Assembly (NCBI GenBank): GCA_036833455.1 | Contig: DAITPU010000001.1 | Span: 7,549 to 71,548 of the forward strand | Length of the DNA stretch: 64,000 bases | Reading direction: 5' to 3' | Source of the DNA: a bacterium | GTDB taxonomy: Archaea > Nanobdellota > Nanobdellia > Pacearchaeales > GW2011-AR1 | In this document: piece by piece, positions 56,659 to 64,000 of the stretch | Numbering within the stretch: the stretch's first letter is position 1 | How the letters are laid out: each line of letters starts with the position of its first letter | Notes under the pieces: model-generated | What the model saw: the letters and a program-made list of their open reading frames with translations, nothing else | Told to the model about the DNA's origin: nothing | Database searches by the model: none | Made by a program: the position numbers and the translations under genes

Positions 56659-59600
56659 TTAAATGGAAGAACACAGTTGACCTGCATAACCTGTGTTTGG
56701 ATAACCTACAAAATATCTCATTACTAAAAGAGAATCTGCAGAATTTATTGTTCCATCTCTATTAACATCCAAACAACAAATATTATTTGGAGTTGGAATA
56801 AGTTGAACAAAAACTTTGCTTATTAAAAGTGCATCTGCAGAATTTATTGCTCCATCTGCATTAGCATCTCCTATTAAAGATGAAGAAAAGCATTGTACTT
56901 CTGGGGAAAGTAAAGGATTATTTTTTTCATATTTTCCTGTATGTTGTAAATCATGCATAAACATTGGCCAATCTATCCTTGATTCATTATATAAAACACT
57001 TAAATTCCAAGCATAAATTTTAGTTTTGGGGTAGGAAGCTCCAAGAACTAAATCTAAAAAATCATCTTTATCTAAATCACTAACAATTAATCTATCTGAA
57101 GTTCCAAAAAAATAACCCGAAATTGGAGATTGAATAAAAGAACCAAATCTATCATATATTCCTAAACTAGGTCCAGAAACTATGATTTCTCTATAGTGGT
57201 CTCCATTTATATCTGCTATGATTGGGGAAGAATAACTAAAATCTCCTGTTTGAATTAAAGATTTATTAAAAATTAAATTCCCTTCATAATCAAAAGAATA
57301 AAGTATAAAATAAGGCTGTTGAATCTGTGAAACTAATGTTATTACTTCTAATTTTCCATCTCCACCTAAATCTCCTACTGAAGGACCTGAAGTAATTCCT
57401 CTGATATTTTCTTCAAAAGTATATGGCCACCCTGAAAAAATTGTTCCATTATAATTCCAAACATACAATTTAGAAAAATTTGGATCTGAAAAAATTCTCA
57501 AATCCCCCATAATAATCTCTAATTTTCCATCTCCATCTAAATCTCCTATTGCGGGAGAATTTAAAAAAGCATTTTCCGAATATTGAGGCCATCCATTAGC
57601 AATAGTCCCATTATGATGCCAAACATAAATAATACCATTATAATTTTCAAAAGAAGATGAATAATAGGGGAACCCCATTACAATTTCTGAATTTCCATCT
57701 CCATCTAAATCTCCTATTGCAGGATAGGAAATCTTATCCCACTGCATCATGAAATTTGGTTCTCCTATTTCTTGCGGCCATCCCGAAAGAGAATTACCAT
57801 AAATATCAAAAATATACACTACCTTATCGGTAGTTATAACAAAATCTCTTTTTCCATCATTATTAATATCAGCTAAGGATAAAGAAGAACTAAATTCTTC
57901 AGAATAAATACCAGAAAAATCCCAATAGTTAACAAGAGTTCCGTTATAACTAATAGCATAAATATAAATTCTGCCTAGTCCACTTATCAAAACTAAAACT
58001 TCTTCAATATTATCCCCGTTAATATCTTCTGAAGTCAATAATAAAGGACCATTACCCAAACTAGTATTTATCAAAAATGGCCAACCAGAAAGTGTTTCTC
58101 CTTCATAATTCAACAAATTTATTTGTTGATTTAATGAAGATCCGAAATAAGAATTAAAAAGTATTTCTTTATATCCATCTCTATTTAAATCTACAACAAC
58201 TGGCCAAATTTCACTTCTAATATTTGAATTTCCTTGAAATTCGACTTTTCTAGGCCATCCCTCTTTTAAGGTTAAATCTAAATAAATAGGAAAAGATATA
58301 GAAAAAGAATCAAAAAAACTACTAAAACTGAAAATCAAAAGATAATATCCTTGGTTGAAACCAGAAGTATTCCAAACTGCAAAAGAATCATTCAAAATAT
58401 TTATACCTTGATAAGAATGAGGGGTTGATCCAAAATAAGAAATATTCGAAAGATTATAATACGGATTTAAAATATTCCACTTAAGATTAATTTGATCTCC
58501 AATTCTATAAATTTCTGAAAAATCTGGATTAAGAATTTCTACGTTCTTTATTTTGAAAAATCCAAAATCTTTACTTTGAATAGAATTATTTCCATAAACA
58601 GATAATTTAAGATTATAAATTCCTTCTTTTAAAACATTGGGATCAAAATTAGAGCATAAAACACCTTCATCAACAACATTATTTCCAGAACATATTAAAT
58701 TCCAAGTATTGCTATCAGAAGAATAAAAAACAGAATAAGAATAAAAATCATCTCCTTTTGCACTACCCAAAATATTCATTTGGCCTGATGGAAGATAATC
58801 TATTTCATTTAAAGAAGCTATCAAAGGTTTACTAAAATTTAAAGAAGAACGAACATTTATTCTTCCTTGGCCTTGATCTTTAATTCCAGCTCCATTTAAA
58901 TTCTGTGCAGAATTTTTTAAAACCATTTTAATTTCTTCTGGAGACCAATCTGGATGAGCTTGCTTGATTAAAGCTACTGCTCCTGCAACATGGGGAGTAG
59001 CCATACTTGTTCCGGGAATTGAAGTGTGTTGATTATCAATACATTCTCTATCGCTCCAAGCATCATTCCATTGAGCTGCACAAATTCCTTGAGAACTAAA
59101 AAATCCATCTCCAGGAGCAACAACATCTGGTTTAGATAAGGACTTTATTTTTCCTTGAGCATCTTCCCAAAGAACCGGCCCTCTAGAAGAAAAGGACGCC
59201 ATTAAATCATTCTTATCCGAAGCACCTACACTAATTGCTTTTCTGGAAGTAGCAGGAGAACCTATAGGTCCATTCCAAAGTCCATCATTTCCTACAGCAA
59301 TTACTGCAATTACTCCTGCACTTACAACGTTATCTATAGCTTGACTAACAGGATCATCTGGATTTCCTTGACCTCCCAAACTCAAACTTATAATATCCAC
59401 ATAATCATTTTCATCTTCCAAGGGTATTCCATTGTTATTCAAATCTACTGATCTTTCAATAGCAGAAATAACATCGGAAAAATCTCCCCCTCCTGCCGAA
59501 CTTAAAACTTTAAAACCATATAATTTTGCATCTGGAGCAACACCTTTTAAAATTCCCTTTCCTGCGGCAATAGAAGCACAATGAGTTCCATGCCCATTAT

Positions 59601-60591
59601 CATCCATTGGATCAAAATCATTATTAACAAAATCATAACCTCCTAAAACTTTTTCACACTTGCCTTTTAAAAAACTAGAAGAAGTACATGATCCTAAATC
59701 AGGATGAGTATAATCAATCCCCGTATCAATAATTGCAATTTTTATTCCTTCTCCAGTTAAATTTAAAGAAGAATTATTTGGATCTGAAATTTGCCAAACC
59801 AAATCTGCTTCAACCAAAGAAACAGAATCCATTAAAAAGGCTTTTACTCTATAATTTGGAGTGACTCTTTTAATTCCAGGCATACTTTCAATTTTTTCTT
59901 TTTCTTCTTTTGTTAATTTACCAACACTAACTCCACTAAAAGAAAAATAAAATTCTTCAGAAATAATTTCTCTACTTATAGATTCCTCTTCTAATTTTGC
60001 CTTAAAATTTTCACTTGTTTGTTGTAAAATTTCTCTTTGTTTTTCAAGTTTTACACTTGCCTCTTCTTCCAAGATTTCAGAATCTTTAGAAAAAGTTTTT
60101 AAAATAAATTTAGAAACTCCTTTAGTTTGAGCTTCAGTTTCCTTTTTATAACTTACCTCTTCTTCAAGATCTGATTTTAAAACCAATAAAGGTTTCTCTT
60201 CAAATTCAACAATATATCCTTCGTATTCCCCAATATTTTCTCCCTTATTTATAGGAAAATTCTCATTTTCTCTATCAGATAAAAGAAAATCATTTTGCCC
60301 CAAAAACATATTATCCCTACTTCTATACTGAAAAGAATTAAAATCATTTTCAAAAATATTTGTTTCTTGTTCCTCAAAAAAATTATTATTTGTTAACTTA
60401 TCTTCAACTGAAATTTTTTCTTCATTTTGTTTTTCAAGAGTTTTTGCATTTTTTGCTAAACATTCAAAAAAACTTCCCTTACAATCTTCATCAACTGCTC
60501 TTCCAGTAAAAGAAACCCCAGATAAAAAAATCCCTCCAAAAAAAATTAAAATTAAGAAAAAAGAAGAATAAAGATAAATTTGTCTTTTCAT
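56659..60591 (-). CDS. 1310-aa secreted subtilisin-like (S8) serine protease with a pro-region, FG-GAP/beta-propeller repeats and a C-terminal dockerin
   Basis: Catalytic triad contexts DTGIDYTHPDL, HGTHCASIAAG and GTSMATPHVAGA. Seven or more D.[DN].DG...[ED] FG-GAP loops (DLNRDGYKEILF, ADINNDGKRDFVI, IGDLDGDGNSEIVMG and others). Dockerin: GDANADGAINSADALLISK ... LDVNRDGTINSADSLLVMR. Confidence 0.85.
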   Translation of the reverse strand: MKRQIYLYSSFFLILIFFGGIFLSGVSFTGRAVDEDCKGSFFECLAKNAKTLEKQNEEKISVEDKLTNNNFFEEQETNIFENDFNSFQYRSRDNMFLGQNDFLLSDRENENFPINKGENIGEYEGYIVEFEEKPLLVLKSDLEEEVSYKKETEAQTKGVSKFILKTFSKDSEILEEEASVKLEKQREILQQTSENFKAKLEEESISREIISEEFYFSFSGVSVGKLTKEEKEKIESMPGIKRVTPNYRVKAFLMDSVSLVEADLVWQISDPNNSSLNLTGEGIKIAIIDTGIDYTHPDLGSCTSSSFLKGKCEKVLGGYDFVNNDFDPMDDNGHGTHCASIAAGKGILKGVAPDAKLYGFKVLSSAGGGDFSDVISAIERSVDLNNNGIPLEDENDYVDIISLSLGGQGNPDDPVSQAIDNVVSAGVIAVIAVGNDGLWNGPIGSPATSRKAISVGASDKNDLMASFSSRGPVLWEDAQGKIKSLSKPDVVAPGDGFFSSQGICAAQWNDAWSDRECIDNQHTSIPGTSMATPHVAGAVALIKQAHPDWSPEEIKMVLKNSAQNLNGAGIKDQGQGRINVRSSLNFSKPLIASLNEIDYLPSGQMNILGSAKGDDFYSYSVFYSSDSNTWNLICSGNNVVDEGVLCSNFDPNVLKEGIYNLKLSVYGNNSIQSKDFGFFKIKNVEILNPDFSEIYRIGDQINLKWNILNPYYNLSNISYFGSTPHSYQGINILNDSFAVWNTSGFNQGYYLLIFSFSSFFDSFSISFPIYLDLTLKEGWPRKVEFQGNSNIRSEIWPVVVDLNRDGYKEILFNSYFGSSLNQQINLLNYEGETLSGWPFLINTSLGNGPLLLTSEDINGDNIEEVLVLISGLGRIYIYAISYNGTLVNYWDFSGIYSEEFSSSLSLADINNDGKRDFVITTDKVVYIFDIYGNSLSGWPQEIGEPNFMMQWDKISYPAIGDLDGDGNSEIVMGFPYYSSSFENYNGIIYVWHHNGTIANGWPQYSENAFLNSPAIGDLDGDGKLEIIMGDLRIFSDPNFSKLYVWNYNGTIFSGWPYTFEENIRGITSGPSVGDLGGDGKLEVITLVSQIQQPYFILYSFDYEGNLIFNKSLIQTGDFSYSSPIIADINGDHYREIIVSGPSLGIYDRFGSFIQSPISGYFFGTSDRLIVSDLDKDDFLDLVLGASYPKTKIYAWNLSVLYNESRIDWPMFMHDLQHTGKYEKNNPLLSPEVQCFSSSLIGDANADGAINSADALLISKVFVQLIPTPNNICCLDVNRDGTINSADSLLVMRYFVGYPNTGYAGQLCSSI

Positions 60592-60679
60592 TTAATCACC
60601 TAAATAAAAAAAGAGGGAGAATATTTAAAACTTATTACTAATTCCCAAATCTTAAAAACCCCTTCTCCTTTATGAAATC

Positions 60680-61330
60680 ATGAAAAAAAGAGTTGCTGAT
60701 ATAAAAGATAAAAACAAATTTAAGCAATTTCTAAAAAGATTTTGGTTCATTGTATGGAAAGATGAATCTATCAGAGGTTGGATTTTCTCCCTTATTTTTT
60801 TATTTGTAGTTATAAAATTAATTTTTTTTCCCCTGCTCTCCTTAACAACCGGAACAAGTTTGCCTTTGGTTATTGTTGAATCTTGCTCTATGTATCATGA
60901 AGGAAACCTTTTATCAAACTTCGACACTTGGTGGAAAACTCAGGACATGAAATATTTCAAATTTAAATTGACTAAAGAAAATTGGGAAACATTTCCCATG
61001 AAAAAAGGATTCAATAAGGGAGACATCCTATTCATAACTGGTGTTAAACCAGAAAAAATAAAGGTAGGAGACATAATAATTTTTGAAGCTAATTACCGGA
61101 ATCCAATTATCCATAGAGTTATTGAAATAAACCAAAATGGAGAAAGATATACTTTTTCCACGATAGGAGATAATAATGGAGGCCAATTATCTATAGAAAA
61201 AGAAATATCTGAAGATCAAATAGTAGGAAAAGCCCAAGTAAAGTTAGCTCCTTATCTAGGTTGGATTAAATTAATTTTCTTTGAACACCTAAAACCCGAA
61301 TATGAAAGAGGTTTTTGCAAAAAATCCTGA
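60680..61330 (+). CDS. Signal peptidase I (archaeal/Sec11 type, S26B)
   Basis: TM anchor. VIVESCSMYHEG contains the Ser nucleophile box. Also IIHRV and GDNNGGQ. Confidence 0.7.
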   Translation: MKKRVADIKDKNKFKQFLKRFWFIVWKDESIRGWIFSLIFLFVVIKLIFFPLLSLTTGTSLPLVIVESCSMYHEGNLLSNFDTWWKTQDMKYFKFKLTKENWETFPMKKGFNKGDILFITGVKPEKIKVGDIIIFEANYRNPIIHRVIEINQNGERYTFSTIGDNNGGQLSIEKEISEDQIVGKAQVKLAPYLGWIKLIFFEHLKPEYERGFCKKS

Positions 61331-61377
61331 ATTTCTAAATCCATAAAATATATAAAAGAGATTAATCTAAAAATAGG

Positions 61378-61686
61378 ATGGAATTTTGCCCAAAATGTGG
61401 TTCGGTTCTAATGCTTAAAGTTAAGAATAGTTCTTGCCCAAGATGCGGTTATACTAAGAAAGGGAAGCTAGAAATGTCCACGAAAGAGAAGATAAATGAA
61501 AAAAAAGAAATCCCGGTTATAAAGAAAGACATGGGTTCAACAGCTCCCGTAGTTAATGAAAAATGTTCTGAATGCGGGCACGAAAAAGCTTATTTCTGGA
61601 CTGTTCAAACAAGAGCATCAGATGAATCTGAAACAAAATTCTACAAATGTGTTAAGTGCGGTAGAACAAAAAGAGATTACAATTAA
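61378..61686 (+). CDS. tfs: Transcription factor S (TFIIS-type cleavage factor, RpoM paralog)
   Basis: N-terminal ribbon CPKCGS...CPRCGY. C-terminal TFIIS ribbon CSECGH...QTRASDE...CVKCG with the acidic hairpin. Confidence 0.88.
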   Translation: MEFCPKCGSVLMLKVKNSSCPRCGYTKKGKLEMSTKEKINEKKEIPVIKKDMGSTAPVVNEKCSECGHEKAYFWTVQTRASDESETKFYKCVKCGRTKRDYN

Positions 61687-61742
61687 TTCTTAAAAAATGG
61701 CCAAAAGAAAAGTATTAAAAAGAATTACCGAATTAAATATTT

Positions 61743-62228
61743 ATGTTTGGAGATTCACTTTTTAATCGCTGCATAAATCTGATAAAAATTTGGAAACCGA
61801 AACAGAGATATAATGAAGAATTAAACTATCGTGACGATTTAAGAGATTTTTTATTTGTGGAACTAAATAAACAAAATTTCTTTTCTTTTGGACAATCCGA
61901 AAAAATAAATGTAAAAATAGAATCAAGCCGTTCTCTTTGCGATATTGCAATTGGAAGAGCAATTGGGATAGAATTAAAATTCAGTAAAAACGGAAAGATA
62001 AAAAAAGCAGAAATAGATAGATTATATGGTCAAATTGCCGGACACAAAAAAGAATATTCTCAAGGAATAATTCTTGTTTTAGTGGGAGATGTGGATGACT
62101 ATTCAGAAGCGGAAATTAGAGATAAATTAAAGGAATTAAATAGTTCTTTTAATGTTAATAGTTTAGGATTAAACAGATTTTATTTGGGTTTAGTCAATAA
62201 ATCTAATAAAAAACAAAACGTATCTTAA
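61743..62228 (+). CDS. Hypothetical protein (161 aa) with a possible PD-(D/E)xK-like motif
   Basis: CDIAIG...IGIELKF is a D..(n)..ExK pattern only. Confidence 0.25.
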   Translation: MFGDSLFNRCINLIKIWKPKQRYNEELNYRDDLRDFLFVELNKQNFFSFGQSEKINVKIESSRSLCDIAIGRAIGIELKFSKNGKIKKAEIDRLYGQIAGHKKEYSQGIILVLVGDVDDYSEAEIRDKLKELNSSFNVNSLGLNRFYLGLVNKSNKKQNVS

Positions 62229-62281
62229 AACCAAGAATTCTCTTTCAGAAGAATCTTCTTCATTTATCTTTTTCATTTGAA

Positions 62282-62356
62282 TGGCCCCGACGGGAGTTGA
62301 ACCCGCGACACCTGGATTAAGAGTCCAGTGCTCTAACCAGACTGAGCTACGGAGCC
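62282..62356 (-). tRNA. tRNA-Lys (anticodon CUU)
   Basis: Cloverleaf reads GGCTCCG-TA-GCTC-AGTCTGGTTA-GAGC-A-CTGGA-CTCTTAA-TCCAG-GTGTC-GCGGG-TTCAACT-CCCGT-CGGGGCC-A. Confidence 0.88.
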
Positions 62357-62460
62357 ATATGAAAATTAGTTTATATCTATTTAAAAAAGTTTAGAAATTT
62401 TCTAAATTATAAAAACTTCTAGAGTTTTCCATTCAGAGTTCGGTAGCGATCACCTCTACC

Positions 62461-62727
62461 TCACTTTACAAGAGACTGTATGTTTTCTATTGCATTCGCA
62501 ACTTCTTGACCTTTCTTTGTAAGTTTGATTAATTTTATTCTTCCTTTTTTATCAAACTCAACAAGGTTTAAAGCCTCTAAAGTCTGCAGTATTTTTACTG
62601 CATGGCTATAAGTGCAGTCCACTTCTTTAGCCAAAACACTACCATACCTCATCCGCGAATTCTTCTTCAAAGAAACCAACATCAAAGCGGGTTTTCTTCG
62701 GAAGAAGACATCAAAATTGTCTTCCAT
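62461..62727 (-). CDS. Small winged-helix transcription regulator (88 aa)
   Basis: RYGSVLAKEVDCTYSHAVKILQTLEALNLVEF is an HTH plus wing. Confidence 0.5.
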   Translation of the reverse strand: MEDNFDVFFRRKPALMLVSLKKNSRMRYGSVLAKEVDCTYSHAVKILQTLEALNLVEFDKKGRIKLIKLTKKGQEVANAIENIQSLVK

Positions 62728-62863
62728 TGGATTTGATATGTGTTATTTAATGTATATGTTATGAACATTGTTTCTTTTTAAATATTTTGAAAACCTCATG
62801 TTCAAATAACTGGTGACAAAAAAAGAACAAAAAACTTATTAACGTTCTTCTCTAACAAAAAAT

Positions 62864-63454
62864 ATGAAAATTCTTGCAATTTCAGACATACATGGTGATA
62901 CGGGATTAGTAAAAAAGATAGAAAAGATAGCCAAAAAAGAAAAAGTAGATTTAATAATTGTAGCGGGAGATCACACTTGGTTTAGTCAAAAAGAAGAAAA
63001 GTTAGTAAGCCCAATTGCAAAAAAACCCACATTAATGATTCACGGAAATCACGAAACTGAATCTTTAATAAAGAAATGGGAACAAATGTATCCTCGATTA
63101 AAAAATTTACATGCAAAACATTTTGAAAAAGAAGGCATAGGTTTTTTTGGATCGGGAACTACAGATTGGGGAGTAAAAAAAGATTCCGAAGCAGTATTTA
63201 AAGAATTAGAAAAAGCCCATAAACCAATAAAACATTTAGAGAAAAAAATAATGGTTTCACACTGCCCTCCTGAAGGAAGCGCTATAGAACTTTTAGGTTT
63301 TCCTGGATCCTATGGAGTTAGAAAAGCCATAAAAAAATTTAAACCAACCGTAGTAATCTGCGGCCATATTCACGAAGGTGCGGGTATTTTAGAAGAAATA
63401 GACGGAGCAAAAGTTATGAATGTTTCAAGAACTCCAACAATTTTTGAAATTTAA
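62864..63454 (+). CDS. Calcineurin-like metallophosphoesterase
   Basis: DIHGD, GDH, GNHE and GHIHEG motifs. Confidence 0.8.
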   Translation: MKILAISDIHGDTGLVKKIEKIAKKEKVDLIIVAGDHTWFSQKEEKLVSPIAKKPTLMIHGNHETESLIKKWEQMYPRLKNLHAKHFEKEGIGFFGSGTTDWGVKKDSEAVFKELEKAHKPIKHLEKKIMVSHCPPEGSAIELLGFPGSYGVRKAIKKFKPTVVICGHIHEGAGILEEIDGAKVMNVSRTPTIFEI

Positions 63455-63518
63455 TCTTAACTAGATAAGGACACTCAACGGCAATAAACCTTAAAAACCA
63501 ATTTTCTTTTAGAAAAAT

Positions 63519-64000
63519 ATGAACATATCAAGAACCTTTTTAATAAAAGAAAAAGAAAAAATATTTCAATCTCCCTTTGAAATCAATCAATTAAAAAAAG
63601 ATATAAAGACTTACGGAAAAGAGATAACTCAAATTTATCTTCCTTTGGAATTATTGAAAAATTTTGAAGAGCTCTTAAATTTTAAGATAAACTTCAAACC
63701 CTCTGAAATAAAATTAAAAAAAGAAGACAAAAAATATTACCTAATAATAAAGAATAATTCATTAACCAGAACAAATAAGATAAAAAAATTAATCTCAAAA
63801 GACATATTTTTAGAATTTGAAAAATTAGGCTTAAGGAATTTAAATAAGATTCGAATGAAAAAAATATATGAAGAAAAGATGATTTTCATTGATTACTATC
63901 CAAAAAAATCCCTAATCTTGGGGGAATTCCAATTTAAAAATAAACTTGAAGCAAAAAAATTTTCTTGGAAAGGAAAAGAAATAACTAATGATAAAAATTA
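63519..64000 (+). CDS. Hypothetical protein, 3'-partial (runs off the window)
   Basis: Manual translation from ATG at 63519 (MNISRTFLIKEKEKIFQSPFEINQLKK...) stays open to the window end. Confidence 0.35.
   Translation, partial: MNISRTFLIKEKEKIFQSPFEINQLKKDIKTYGKEITQIYLPLELLKNFEELLNFKINFKPSEIKLKKEDKKYYLIIKNNSLTRTNKIKKLISKDIFLEFEKLGLRNLNKIRMKKIYEEKMIFIDYYPKKSLILGEFQFKNKLEAKKFSWKGKEITNDKN

Noticed and set aside
1-64000. Integrated mobile element or provirus
   Set aside because: No integrase, transposase, terminase or capsid-like ORFs are present. The only tRNA-proximal oddity is the 100-nt element at 20577, which has no flanking cargo.

Overview
This is an AT-rich (about 28-30% GC), tightly packed archaeal window. 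The gene content and compact proteins fit a small-genome, DPANN-like archaeon. The archaeal core markers present are a group II chaperonin (thermosome), family B DNA polymerase, the RFC small and large subunit pair, FEN1, TFS, the Rpo7-Spt4-S24e-S27ae operon, Cdc48, archaeal MetAP2, signal peptidase I, HisRS and a short AlaRS. I support about 65 protein-coding genes and six tRNAs, all on the minus strand. Two tRNAs carry introns: tRNA-Ile with anticodon UAU and tRNA-Tyr with the archaeal C1-G72 pair. There is also one GC-rich element of unknown function next to tRNA-Val. I found no rRNA, CRISPR array, transposase or integrase. The first 13 kb is an accessory block of four consecutive very large secreted or surface proteins with LamG jelly-roll repeats, PKD-like repeats, YadA-like head repeats and very dense N-glycosylation sequons. 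One of them carries a canonical dockerin. A second dockerin sits at the C-terminus of a 1310-aa subtilase with FG-GAP repeats at 56.6-60.6 kb. Together these point to a cohesin-dockerin-like surface assembly system whose cohesin partner is not identified. Other points worth follow-up are a Cdc48 operon with an upstream Zn-ribbon/AbrB-like gene and two divergent tandem paralogs downstream, a radical SAM/SPASM enzyme next to an unannotated 49-aa basic ORF, a GC-elevated single-Cys DsbA-like gene, and a HerA-like ATPase with no HAS barrel or NurA partner. All calls come from reading the six-frame translations and the DNA by eye. No database searches were run.
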